Assembly (NCBI RefSeq): GCF_001194135.2
Contig: NC_068994.1
Span: 24,494,944 to 24,558,943, forward strand
Direction: 5' to 3'
DNA length: 64,000 nt
Source of the DNA: Octopus bimaculoides
Lineage: Eukaryota
A program made the position numbers and the translations under genes. Positions 1 to 12,519 of the stretch are shown here, in pieces. Below the pieces are notes generated by a model. The model was not told where the DNA came from. It did no database searches and worked only from the letters and a program-made list of their open reading frames with translations. Each line of letters begins with the position of its first letter. Position 1 is the stretch's first letter.

Positions 1-158
1 AGAGCCAGGTATGCATTAGCAATTTTTGCACTGGTTGCGAACACACTTAATTGTTCTTGAGCAACTGCTGATTATTATTTATATTTATTATTTAATTTTT
101 GTCATGGATTTATCCTGTGTGCATAAAATTTTTAATAAATTTGTATAATACATATATA

Positions 159-960
159 CCATAAATCCTCGAGTATAGTCCGCCCTTGAGTATAATACGC
201 AGGGGATTTTTAGGGGGCTGTACCTCTGAAAAATTTAAACCTTGTGTATAATACACACCCCTTCTCTAACTTGAGTCAAGGAGGTCTATATATCGTCCTT
301 GGTTTGTAAATATATATATACAGTAACGTCCTTTATCATTATTGTATATATAACATAATGCAAACATGTAGCTTTATTGTGCACTTTGTTTGCAGAAAAT
401 AAAGAAATAACAGTAATAACGTCAGTGAAAAATAAATATTAAGTAAATTGCCTTTACATATTTATCACTATCAGTTACAAAAGCAAAAGCAAAAACATTT
501 ATTCAAATCCTTCAAATTCAACGTCACTTTCAGCATCAAATAACTGTTCCATTCGTTCCTCCGTAAACATGCCAGCATCATTGTAATGTAAATCTCCGTC
601 ATCGTCAGATTCATAGTCAACATTAGAAGATTCACTTTCATTTATTTCATCTTTCCATACAACATCATCCTGAGTACCATCCAGTTCAGACAATATACAA
701 CACTTTTATTTTAATAAATGTGGCTTACTGCAAGTTATGGATGATTCTTTTATGACTTCATTGCTTTCAGGCTTAGCTTAAGGTATTTTCATGCCTGACA
801 TCACAAAATGTGTTTGAATAAACATTACCGGACAGCAAATAGAAACTTGGACATTGCTTAGAAAATATTTTTCATTTTTAACCTCGTATATAGTACGCAC
901 TAGGGATTTTGACCTTTAAATTTGGGGAAAAACATGCGGATTATACTCGAGGATTTACGG
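159..960 (-). mobile_element. Internally deleted pogo/Tigger-type (Tc1/mariner superfamily) DNA transposon with transposase C-terminal remnant
   Basis: 25-bp TIRs CCATAAATCCTCGAGTATAGTCCGC (159-183) and GCGGATTATACTCGAGGATTTACGG (936-960), 23/25 match. TA on the left (157-158), CA on the right. Related subterminal repeats. The minus strand encodes KCCILSELDGTQDD...ESDVEFEGFE, matching the pogo C-terminal KCxIxxxLDGxxDD motif and acidic D/E-F-E-G-F tail. Confidence 0.75.
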
Positions 961-1766
961 CATATAGATTTATGTAAATACATGTAAAACTGGTTATTGA
1001 TACTTTCAATTACTTTTGGGTATACATGAGAAAAAATAGGACATTAAACTAAACATTGTTTAATGGGTGCCCTAGTAATAATAATAATGGGATAGAATTG
1101 GACATTTGCATTCTTAACAGTATTTGGTCAGCCAAGCTGTGACAAGTGTTATGCTTTGACTTAACATTTCATATCCCAACTCCTTGTTATAAAAATATCT
1201 AAATTAAAACCTCCCTTCAAAATGTTTCAATACATGTTCCAAATTCCACATTAATAATGACAAACTTATTTTACAGAATTCTTCATTATTTTCAAAATCA
1301 AGTGAAACAAAGGCAGTGTATTTCGACATAAATATGGTAACAAAAAGATTAAGAAAGCTCTTATTTGACACTGAAAAACTCATAACATTTTAGAAAAACA
1401 TCTATTTTAACATGTATATCCAAGATTATATTTTAACTTGCAAATGTTAGTGTTAATTTTGTGAAAATGAGAGACTTTTATCTGATAAAATATTCTATAC
1501 TTTGTGCTTTTAAAATACATACTTAATGATATATTTGTATTTCTTTCAGATTCCTTATTGTGATTACATGCTGTGTTGCTAGTCACACTGAATGAATGCA
1601 AATATACAATAAATTATAAAGGCAACATAACAGATTTTCCTTAAATATTATTTTAATTTAAAATAAAATCTTAGAAATGCAGTACAAAATATGATGTCAA
1701 AAAGAAGTTAAGCTTTAATGGTGTCAATAGAATAGAAAATTTTTGTGACTTTTATTTTACAAATCA

Positions 1767-2400
1767 ATGTCTCCTGCTAAAAGTAAAGGGCAAGGTCGGA
1801 AATCCAAAATGAAACTGAAACAACATAGTCAGTATTACCCTCAGAATCAACTATATGTTGATTCTCATGTCTATAAAAGAACTTCTAAAAAACAAAAATC
1901 ATCTGAATTTCATGATGAATGTATGGACCCTGCAACCTTAGAAGCTCATGTTGAAGCAGCCACAGCTGCTGCATCAGCTGCAGTTGCAGCAGAAATGGCT
2001 AATTCTAATCATTCAAATTTAAAGTCAAATGTGTATTCATCTTCAAAAACAGATACATCACCATCAAGATTACTTACATCTGAAGTTCCAATATTGCCTG
2101 ATGACTATCAAATGCAATCTTCTCCTAAAGGTGTAGATATTGGGCAAGTGAAGCAAGAGGACTTACAGTTGTTTCTTGAGTCTATTCCAGACTTTCATCA
2201 TGCTAATATTGTCAGAGGTGGTCGTTGTGTTAAATCAGGTTTTGTTCATGTTGTCAAAGGTGAAAATTACTTAAGAGATATATTTTATAACACAGCAACA
2301 ACTCCACAACGAAACATAATTGTTGTAAGAGAAACTCTTTATTGTAGTGGGCGTGGAAACTGTTTGCGTGCCTGTGGAGGTAGAGGACATTGTGTAGAAG
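1767..2400 (+). CDS. First coding exon of an uncharacterised ~430-aa protein (basic N-terminus, Ala tract, first half of a Cys/His-rich module)
   Basis: Uninterrupted 220-codon ORF with protein-like composition in otherwise ORF-poor DNA. In-frame TGA upstream at 1746. Strong donor GAAG|GTAAGT at 2400/2401 (phase 1). Candidate upstream acceptor TTTCTTTCAG at 1548-1549 would make 1550-1766 5'UTR. Confidence 0.85.
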
Positions 2401-2946
2401 GTAAGTTATATTTCATTGTTAAGCAATAAATGTTGTATCTAATTGCTTCAGTTTACCCTGTTCAATCTCTACCAAATTTGTTAAACCATTAAATATAGAA
2501 GCATCTCTTACTCCATTGTTAATTATAGCAAACAGTTACCATTAAATTGTATTTTCATAGCTATGTTGATGACATAGTTGTATTTGCCATACAGTAATGT
2601 TGTAAACTTGATAAAACTATATAACTTACTCTTTTTGCTTTATATAATAAATTGTGTTTTTTTAATTAAAAAACATACAATTTTTAATTATATAATCAGT
2701 TTATAATCAAATGTTATTGAATGACTTGATTAATATTCAAAAGGACCTTGAAACAATTGTAATTCATGTTTACTGCATTTCAGGAAGCAGATCATAATTT
2801 TGTTAAAAAACAAGGTTTAATTGTAACAAAATAAGTATCAAGGGAATTAATTTCAGCTTGTTTGAGATAAGATGGTAATCAGTGCAATAAACCAACAAAT
2901 TACCTATCCATTTTCTGTTAAATTAGTTCTGATCTCTGCTCCCCAC

Positions 2947-3014
<68 letters not shown>
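2947..3014. repeat. (CT)n(AT)n microsatellite running into an assembly gap (N 3015-3197)
   Basis: Direct reading of the sequence. Confidence 0.95.
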
Positions 3015-3197
3015 NNNNNNNNNNNNNNNNNNNNNNNNNNNNNNNNNNNNNNNNNNNNNNNNNNNNNNNNNNNNNNNNNNNNNNNNNNNNNNNNNNNNNN
3101 NNNNNNNNNNNNNNNNNNNNNNNNNNNNNNNNNNNNNNNNNNNNNNNNNNNNNNNNNNNNNNNNNNNNNNNNNNNNNNNNNNNNNNNNNNNNNNNNN

Positions 3198-3528
3198 TAC
3201 AGCTGGATGCCCTTCCTAACGCCAACCACTCAGAGAGTGTAGTGGGTGCTTTTACGTGTCACCCGCACGAAAACAGCCACGCTCGAAATGGTGTCTTTTA
3301 TGTGCCACCCGCACAAGCCAGTCCAGGGGCACTGGCAACGATCTCGCTCGAAAATCCTACGGGAGCCAGTCAGGCGGTACTGGCAACGGCCACGCTCAAA
3401 ATGGTGCATCTCATGTGCCACCCGCACAAGAACCAGTCCAGGGGCACTGGCAACGATCTTACTTGGCTTGCCGGGTCTTCTCACGCACAGCACATTACCA
3501 AAGGTCTCGGTCAGTAGTCATCGCCTAT
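3198..3528 (-). mobile_element. RTE-tail-related short retroposon (SINE-like) fragment with internal duplication
   Basis: Contains CTGGATGCCCTTCCTAACGCCAACCAC, shared with copies at 11262, 24716, 33336 and 40462. A ~57-bp segment occurs twice (3288-3343, 3401-3458). Confidence 0.6.
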
Positions 3529-4340
3529 ATTTATATATATATATAAATGAAGTAGTGCAGACTTTGTGTCTTGCTGAGAGTGTAGTCTAGTTTCAGAAAT
3601 GAAATACAAATTCATAACACTTCAGTCTTACACATTATCGCATGAAAACTATGATAATATACTTAAGTATATGCTTAAGTAATTCATGTCTTGAATCTAT
3701 GTTTACAAAATGCATCTCTGCTTCAGAATACAAGTTTGGTTAAATGTAAACTACTGGAATGGGGTTAGCTGATAGTTATATTTTGTATCTTGTATTTAAA
3801 TCAAAATCTAAAAAGTTAGTTAAAAGCTTTTGGTGGGAATAATACAGATCAAGGTTTAATAATGACTAGAAAATCTGTTGCTGACTTTCCCTGTTAGTTT
3901 AAATATGAAAGTTATCATTATCATTGATATCCTAATATGTGCTTTCATGTTCATTTTGTTTGCATAGATCTGCAGTACAGCATATCACTTACTAATACAG
4001 ACTTTTGTTACCTGCTCTCTGAAGTCCAGCATCTTAGGATCTGACCACACCTCTTTCCCTGTTTTACTCAGTCATCCTATTCTTCAAATATGCTCCATCC
4101 ACAGCACTTTTTGACTCAGTATTTATTACCAATTCACCTCACATGTCCATACAACCACAATCATCTTTCCCCATGTTGATGTATTTAATATCTAATTGTT
4201 CTCTCAAATACTTGTGCTCTGCCTTTCAGGCAAGATGACATTGCATTTTGTTGTGAGCAAAGTCACTTTCCAGGTGACAGTGGGTTTTTCTGTTCTCAGT
4301 TACTAATAAGTACTTTGATATTTGCTTTGCTAACTTTTAG

Positions 4341-4545
4341 CTCTTTAGCATTCAAATTACTCTACCAAATGTAAAGCTTATTTACTCATATTGCTTTGAA
4401 TTGAGCATAGCTTTGAGATTTCAATGGTGTTATCTATTTTTAGGGTGACATTGTAGGGTAGGTGTGAGAGACTAGACTTGGCCAGTTTGAACTTAAAACA
4501 AGGGGTATATTTGGGCCAGATATGGCCAGTTTAAATGCTAAAGGG
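4341..4545. mobile_element. piggyBac-like MITE
   Basis: 16-bp TIRs CTCTTTAGCATTCAAA / TTTAAATGCTAAAGGG (14/16). Flanked by TTAG (4337-4340) and TTAA (4546-4549), consistent with a decayed TTAA TSD. Confidence 0.6.
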
Positions 4546-6483
4546 TTAAGTTTAACTAGTCATGACCAAGGTTACTGAGCTAGGTTCCTGAATGTTCATC
4601 TAGATCAAATTTATGTTAAAGGGTTACTTTGTTGACAAAAGCAAAATGTTAAAAATTTCTATTATTTAGAAAAAAAAGTTAAATTATTTAACCCCTTGCA
4701 CATAAAATTCTAGGATCTGTAATATCTCATCTAAATAATGCAAATATGCTACACAAATATTATATGACCTCCTATAAGGAAAGAGGTAAACAAATAGATC
4801 TAAATAAATAACTGAAAATATAATTTATTAGTGATAGCCTTTACAAATTACTTAGCTGATTTCACTACATTAGACTCCCTACAATTTGAAATTAACAAGA
4901 TAAAAATGATTTGATAATATGAATGTATTAGAAATTGTTTTTGAAATAACTCTGTTTGAGATTTCTTGAGATAAACTTGTTTTGAATGATATCAGAAAGT
5001 TTGATATAAAACTATTTTGACCTCTTGTTTGGTAGGTATTTCCCTTAGTTTTAACAAAATATGCCTACATCTTATTTGAACATCGATATCTTTTTATCTT
5101 AAGTGTCCTTTATCAGTTTAATTTGTATTGCAGTTGATGAATCATTATTTACAGGTTTCCAGTAGGACAGTCATTGATCCACTGCATTTCCAATGGCAAC
5201 ATAAACAAGGAATGTTTAACTTGTAAAACAAATGTTACACGAGACTTTGCTCAGAGTCCAATTCATTTTATTTTGTTCTGTTGCTCATGTTTACTTCCTT
5301 TGCTGAGACAAATTGACAAAAGATATCATCATCACCTGACATCAATATTCCATGCTTGTATGGGTTGGATGATTTGGCAGAATCCAACGGATCAGAGAAC
5401 CATCTTTTGTCTTAGTTTTTAGTTGGTATCTTACTATGGAAATTTGCTTGTGAGCAAATTTTGTCTTTCTTTGCAAAGTATAAGTAACCTATCTTCAATT
5501 TAAAAAAATTCAATTTCATCTCAAAAACTCTGTATGCGCAATTTTTCCACTCTGTACTAGTTGTAAAACGTGCATGCACACAAGCACATGGCTTAGAGGG
5601 AATATTGGTGATGAGGTGTGAGAATGTATCCTCAAGGTAGAAGATGATTAGAAGAGAGAATGGGGACCGAAAGACAGAGCAGGCAAAGATTGCAAAAGTG
5701 TTAGGGGAAAGTGGGAAATGGTTAGAAATAAGGGTGGAATAAATGTAGTGAATGGTGAACAAGGGCAATAAATGGTAAATATAAGTAAGGGTTGAGTGAG
5801 AAAACTGAAGGATGTCAACAGAAGTGGTTCAGGGAAGTGGGGTGCTGGCTGGCAATACAGTAAGAGTAATAAGCTGCAGATTAATACAGTAGTTGGGGGA
5901 ACGGTGAATGGATGGGTGATGTGGAGATGAGGCTAAGTAAAAGTTGCAAGAATGTAAGGAAAAGTGAGAGACAAATAGAGATAGGTGTGACAATGGTCAG
6001 AGGTATATAAAGGCCCAAAGTGCCACACAGTGGGACTGAACCATGTCGTGGAGAAGGAAACTTCTTACCATACAGCCATGCCTGAAACAAACTTCAGTGT
6101 AGTTATACATAATGTTTAATTTGTGGTATCAAAATAAGACTGTTCATGATGAACAAAAATGCATTCAGTAGTAAATGCTACATGAAATAAGCAAATGTAA
6201 TATTCAAGAACAAAAATGTGTAATAAGTGAACAATCTGAAGTTTGGGTCAAGAATAGCATATCCATGTATCAACAGGATATATGGACACTCATGCATATA
6301 ATAATGTATATATAGACTTGCCTTACCACTTATATATGCATGCACATAAACAGATCAATATACTCATCAATATAACTGTACATGTATATGTAAAATCACA
6401 TACAGACATACTCTGGTATGTGGTTTCACGGTCCTCTTTAAATTCTAAATCCAATGTAGGAAAGGTTCCAAGTATGGTGTAAA

Positions 6484-6822
6484 ATAAGAACACAAATGGG
6501 TTTCAGATACGTGTTTTGTTGATGAACAAATCAATAACATCATGAAATGAAAACTATTTTCTTCATATGAATAAAAATTTAAATCTAAAATTTAAGATTC
6601 AGCTCATAATGGAGAAATAATTTTTCTTTTTCTGATCATCACAAAAATTATACTTATTATGAGCCTAATCTTAAATGTTAAATTTCAGGTTTAAATTTCT
6701 ATTCACCTTGAAGAAAATGTTTTTTTTTGTTTTTTTTCATGATGTAATTGATCTGTTCATCAATAAAAATAAAAACATGTCAGAAACAGTTGTAGTGAAC
6801 TTCAACCCATTTCTGTTCTTTT
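6484..6822. mobile_element. Fold-back (palindromic) MITE-like element
   Basis: The left half (AAGAACACAAATGGG...GATGAACAAATCAATAACATCATG...GCTCATAAT) is the gapped reverse complement of the right half (ATTATGAGCC...CATGATGTAATTGATCTGTTCATC...CCCATTTCTGTTCTT). Confidence 0.6.
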
Positions 6823-7355
6823 ATGTATATGTACATGTGTGTATGTGGGTACACATATTTGTGTTGTGTGTGTATATGTGTGTACACGTACACGTGTGTG
6901 TGTATGCATGAAAAGGTGATGATAGCTTTGTAACTTTCTGCTGCACTGAGGTTTGCATTCTTTTATCTCACTTAATGGACACAGTATCTTCCTGACTTTA
7001 ATGACCTTAAGAACACTAGCTTGGCTACAGCATGCCTGTGTTTCTTGTATGTCCACACAGTCAGTTTTGGATATAAAGTAATTAAGATAACTCTTTTGAA
7101 ATTTGAGTAGTTTCATCTCTTTGCTTCTTGCATGCCTGTTATAGCCGCTCCTAATTTCCCTATAAATTCAAATATAATTTTTTAAAATACCACTTATCCA
7201 GAAATGTTGGTTCAATTTGTCAAGATATTATATTTGTACTTGTTTAACATTTTACCTGAAGATGGTAGATTATGTGCTATGATGTAGTCTATGAATAATC
7301 TATAAAATTCTACCAAAACAGCTGTTGCAAATTTTAAACCCCATTTGTGTTCCTT

Positions 7356-7356
<1 letters not shown>

Positions 7357-7386
<30 letters not shown>

Positions 7387-7395
7387 GAATATATG

Positions 7396-7469
<74 letters not shown>

Positions 7470-7546
7470 CATATATACACACACACGTGTATATACACAC
7501 ACACACAAATATGTGTACCTACATACACACATGTACATATACATAT
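7357..7546. repeat. (AT)n / (AC)n compound microsatellite
   Basis: Direct reading. Confidence 0.95.
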
Positions 7547-7637
7547 AAGAACAGAAATGGGTTGAGGTTCACTACAACTGTTTCAGACATGTTTTTATTT
7601 TTATTGATGAACAAATATATATATTTACCACATGTAG

Positions 7638-7711
7638 TTTATTTTTCTCTTTGAAACCTATTTCTATTATATATATATATAATAGAAATAGGTTTCAAAG
7701 AGAAAAATAAA
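7638..7711. repeat. Perfect 74-bp palindrome centred on (TA)n
   Basis: Arms TTTATTTTTCTCTTTGAAACCTATTTCTATTA and TAATAGAAATAGGTTTCAAAGAGAAAAATAAA are exact reverse complements. Confidence 0.9.
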
Positions 7712-8088
7712 GTAAGAAGAAAAAGCGAAAATGCACATTGGATATTTAAAAAATAAAGGCTTTTTTATGAAAAGTAACGATAAATATATACAGTTAGATG
7801 AACTGAGGTAGAATTAAGAGGAATAAAGTTATTATTTTGAATTGTTAAAGGAATTCAAAGTCATACCGATTTCATCAATTGCTGTTCACTGGCTTTCAAT
7901 GCACACTGATTACCAAATGGTGTTGTGTCTACTAGTCCCTGAATAAAAAGATTATATGTAAGGGAGGTAAGTAGTTCTGGGAGTGGTGCAATTAGGGTAG
8001 ATGTAATAATGTAATATGAATGGTGTATAGAATGTATGGGAATTAGTGGTATTAATGGTAGGGTTAGTAGTGTTCTATGTTATATGTT

Positions 8089-8530
8089 CACGTTGAGTTG
8101 TGGATGATATTTATTGATGAAAGTTGCTTCTTTATTTCTTTGCTGAACTGAGGTATTCTGTGAACATTGATATAAAGGGAAAATTTGGAAGTTCCTAGCA
8201 CACCTTTCTATGTGTTCACTGACCTGTAACTGTCTGTATTGTGGGTAGTGGATTTGTTCCTTGTGAAGAGTTGTTCTTTAATGGAGTGACATTCCTGTTT
8301 GGCCAATATAATGATTATCGCACCCTAAGCAGGTAATGGCATAGATTAAGTTTTCCAAAGCACAGGTGAAATTTGATTTTATCTTAAATATTTCACTTTG
8401 TTTAAAGTGGAACTCTGTACCCTCCAAAAGGTGGGGGCATGTACCACAATTAGGCTGACCACATTTTTTCACTTTCGGTTCCATTGTTAATGGATATAGT
8501 CTTGCATTGGTTAATATTTTTTCAATGATT
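8089..8530 (-). mobile_element. Penelope-like element remnant (GIY-YIG endonuclease region)
   Basis: KKCGQPNCGTCP...FKIKSNFTCALENLIYAITCLGCDNHYIGQTG...H...INKYHPQLN matches the CxxxxCxxC / IYxIxCxxC / YIGQT pattern of PLE GIY-YIG domains. Stops and frameshift present. Confidence 0.8.
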
Positions 8531-8631
8531 TCGGTTGCATTTTGCTCTTGATAATTTTGTGTGAGTCTAAAATTTTGTTCATGTATGTATGTATGTATGC
8601 ATGCATGTATGTATAAAATTAATTTACAAAG

Positions 8632-9065
8632 GTACCGTTAATTCTATTATTATCCAATGTCACTAGTTTAAGAATGATAATAACAGAATTAACGATACAG
8701 GCGGCTGCAGGCCAAAAAATGGCATTTAAATAGCCGAGGAATTATAATTAATCAAAGGACATACTAAGTATGTCTACCTGCTTGAAATAACAGTCAAAAC
8801 TCGTTATTAAATCGTCAAAACTACACTGGTGATTACTACAGAAATCAAACGAAGGTAAATTTGGTTAAGACAATCTACTTACATACATTCAAGTATATGG
8901 ATTTATGTGGACTAGTTTCTGCATTGGCACAAAATGCCTTAGCTTCTTCAGCACATATCACCACCAAAGCGATTTCCAACCTATCCTTCTGAAATCTGTG
9001 CCGCTACTGATTTGTTTCGCGCCGAAATCACAGCAGCTTCCCAGTGTAAAAAATAATCTCGTTGC
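8632..9065. repeat. Older copy of the ~455-bp repeat unit seen at 62.2-63.4 kb, preceded by a 23-bp-arm hairpin
   Basis: Shares ATTAATCAAAGGACATACTAAGTATGTCTACCTGC..GAAATAACAG and ACTACAGAAATCAA with 62600-62710 and 63200-63300. Arms 8632-8654 / 8676-8698 match 21/23. Confidence 0.7.
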
Positions 9066-9094
9066 CGATATATCTATATAACTGATGACGAGGA

Positions 9095-9388
9095 TTCCAG
9101 TTGATCTGATCAATGGAACATCCTGCTCATGAAATTAACATGCAAGTGGCTGAGCACTCCACAGACACATGTTACCTCAACTTAGTTCTCAGGGAGATTC
9201 AGTGTGACATGGAATGTGACAAGGTTGGCCCTTTAAGATACAGGTACTACTCAGTTTTGCCAGCTGAGTGAACTGGTGCAACATAAAATAAAGTGTCTTG
9301 TTCACAGACGTTATGTGCTGCTGTGAACTAAACTCATGACCTTATGGTCATGAACAGAATATCCTAACCACTAAGTTATGCACCCTTA
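9095..9388 (-). mobile_element. tRNA-headed SINE (decayed)
   Basis: The minus strand begins with A-box-like TAGTGGTTAG and a decayed B-box-like segment, followed by a body shared with 53780-53968. Confidence 0.5.
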
Positions 9389-10251
9389 CATCATTGAGCT
9401 TGGCCATTGGTCAGTTCATGAGAAATTTCCTAACAGTGTCTGTTCACAAGGCCAAGCTTATGGAGATGCCTATTAATGGTGCTTTGTGAGGATCAAGTTC
9501 TGCTAACAATGTACAAGTGCCTCTGCTTGGCTGTTGTTTAACTTTTTCAAGCAAAGCTTCATCATCCACAACAGATGATCTGCCTGACCTTGGTTTGTCT
9601 GAACCAGTTTTGTGTCACACGTTTGTTGACAGTTCCTGAGCCTTCTACATCATTAATTTCTTTTGCCACTGCCCTTGTACTCAGTCCTTTTTCCACAGGT
9701 AGCGTAAAATGGCAATTTATTCAGCACAGAATAAATAATTCATGTTCATGTGTTAAACATAAAAATAAAGAATAAACAATTCAGCAATGGTAGGATAAGT
9801 TGTATCAAATTGATGATGTAACATGAAGATGCAAGTTGCCAAAAATCATCAGAGAAAATCTGAAAAGATTTTTGCTCAACCTGGTATATATAAAGACATA
9901 TACAGACAAGTACTAATACATACATCTGCACATACATATATACACAAATTATACATTCAAAAAATATTGTTATATATCTCTATGCATTAACGTGTGTGTG
10001 TATAAATGTGTGACAGTATGGCATACTAGTTTGAGTGTTCAGCTTATAATCAAAATATCATGGAGTCATTTCCTGTTTCCAACGCATTGTGTTCTTGAGC
10101 AAAATATTTTATTTCATGGTGTTCCAGTTTCCTCAGCTGAAAGTGTATACTAGTCAAATGCTGAAGCAGTTCTCTCTGTCTAACTATCCTGAATGTGCTG
10201 TTTGGTCAAAGAGTGGGAGAGGTAAAAGTTGTATTTTTATATGTACATATA

Positions 10252-10590
10252 CAGGGTACCCTTAACAAATGTGTACACACATTGAATGATTATAAAGTCA
10301 GTGTTTATTAAAATGCATTTTATCAAAAGGTAATAGAATCTACAAGAATAATTTTTTTCATTTTATGAATGCCTGTTTTTCAACTGATGACTGTTCTGGC
10401 CCAGATACTGCAGATAATGCAGAGCAACAGAATAGCAAACATCAAGAAACATTTCCAGTGGACACAGAGTATTTTTACTGAACCCGTTTGGCAAATTATT
10501 ATCAAGTTAAACCTTTACATTACTATGGTATGTAGCGAGGTCCCCATCTTACTGAAAATATAACTCCACATCTTAAAATCCTCTTGAGTG
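10252..10590 (-). mobile_element. Tc1/mariner transposon 3' remnant
   Basis: TA|CAGGGTACCC... terminus. The minus strand reads FQ*DGDLATYHSNVKV*LDNNLPNG, resembling the catalytic FQQDGAPPHY..VR.YLD..LP motif. Confidence 0.55.
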
Positions 10591-11261
10591 CTTGACATAA
10601 CATATAGTTGCAGTAAATGGAGTAAATGGGACTAGTCACAGTATCATCAAAACAGATTGATCCAATTAATCCTTTTTTTTTTTTTTTCGTTTTTTAAGCC
10701 ACACCAGTTTGGCAACAGACTAATAGAATAATTTCCAGACTTTAAAAATAAGTACTGGGGGTGATTTGTTTGACAAAACCATTTAGTGTCCCAGCATGGC
10801 CACTGTCTAATTCCTGAAACATGTAGAAGATGAAAGATAGAGATATATTTATATATGATGTTTAACAGTATTTTTCTATAATTCTGCTACTTATCAAGTA
10901 CAGCATTTTTTTATTGTCTCTCTGGAAATTTGCAGAGAAATATCCATTATGTTGATGAATTTTTTTTTTCTTCAGAAGGTGAATGATTCTGTACCTTGTT
11001 AAAAACATTCAGTAACTTCCTGCACAGCATAAAAAAAAAAAGTAATCTGTGTGATATTATTTCAGTTCATACTATTCATTATTAACATGAAATTAGAAGG
11101 CATGACGAAAAGTTTTTGAGTTTCGCTCAATGATACGGATGTAAAGTATTCTGAATGAACACTCCTATAGAATGGAGTTGAAACTATCAAAAGAATCAAA
11201 AACCATTTTCTTTGGGTGTGTAGTTTTATGGATCTTAGATTGTGATTAAGCAAATATCATT

Positions 11262-11600
11262 GTCATCATCATCATCGTTTAACATCCGCCTTCCATGCTG
11301 GCATGGGTGGGACAGTTTGACAAGAGCCAGCCAGGCAGAAACCTGCACTAGACTTCTGTAATTGTTTTGGCGGGATTTTTACAACTGGCTGCCCTTCCTA
11401 ACACCAACCACTCATCAGAGTGGACTTACTGCTTTTTACATAGCACAAGCACTAGCAAGGTCAGTTTTGACAAGGTTTTTGCAGTTGGATGTCCTTCCAA
11501 ACACCAACCACTTTACAGTGTGGACTGCATGCTTTTAAGTGGCACCTACACTGACAGGATCACCAAGTACTTGCAAGATAAAAAAATAAAACTCTTTTGA
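11262..11600 (-). mobile_element. RTE-tail-related SINE-like element
   Basis: (CAT)n followed by CGTTTAACATCCGCCTTCCATGCTGGCATGGG; family shared across the window. Confidence 0.65.
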
Positions 11601-12519
11601 GAGGTCAGGGGGCATTGGAGGAGGTGATTTTTTGTTGGATGATAAAAGGTTATAGTGAGGCAGAGAGATTCCCAAAGTGGGTGATGAATTTCTAGAAAAT
11701 GGTGGTTGATTTGAGATTTGAGCAGGCAATATGAACATTTTGTGGGTGACAATGAATTTTTAGAAATTAAGTCTGCATTTACTGATATCTAGGCATGCCT
11801 AGAATAAGGATGCATTTTTATCAATTTGACTATTTGTATTAAAAACGTGGACTTGTTTATCGATCAAATATTTTTGTCACAGACTTTGAGATGGTTGTCA
11901 TGCATGCTAAAAATAGCAGCCAAATAGGCCTAGGCCTTAAATCACACTCCACCACAAATTTTTTGGAGGTGGGGCATAGTCATATAAAGTCCCACGTGTT
12001 GAATTCAAAATCTCAAAAATTTCCCGAAAACTTTGAAAAATAAAAAAGTTAGGAGTTATATGTTGTGCATAATTCTGTGGTNNNNNNNNNNNNNNNNNNN
12101 NNNNNNNNNNNNNNNNNNNNNNNNNNNNNNNNNNNNNNNNNNNNNNNNNNNNNNNNNNNNNNNNNNNNNNNNNNNNNNNNNNNNNNNNNNNNNNNNNNNN
12201 NNNNNNNNNNNNNNNNNNNNNNNNNNNNNNNNNNNNNNNNNNNNNNNNNNNNNNNNNNNNNNNNNNNNNNNNNNNNCAGCAATTTAACTTGGAAAGGTAC
12301 ATTAATGTGCTGAATTTTTAAATTTTCAATAAACTTTGATTTTTGAAATGCTGGCAGCCAAACAAACTAGATCCGTATTTGCTCCAGTAAAGACGTGTCA
12401 TCTAACTCTGCTCTATTGACTTCTTCTTCTCTTTGGGAATACCATACTGCCTTTCTGATGCCATCTGTAGAAATTCATTTCCACCTTTCCATTTTACTGA
12501 TGCCTCCAGTCGAGAAAAT

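Noticed and set aside
2872-3229. ORFs containing YIYI runs or X runs (also 7212-7654, 11937-12313, 54290-55087, 57915-58253, 60585-60993)
   Set aside because: Artefacts of microsatellites and N gaps.
5134-5422. Possible extra exon in intron 1 (ORF 5174-5422, acceptors at 5133 and 5154)
   Set aside because: In the phase required by exon 1 both acceptors hit TAG within a few codons, and the listed ORF starts at TTG and has no convincing donor.
7840-7900. Possible minimal hammerhead ribozyme in the Penelope 3' region (TTGATGA...GAAT on -)
   Set aside because: The core deviates from CUGANGA/GAAA and the flanking helices could not be drawn. The same applies to CTGATG at ~57184.
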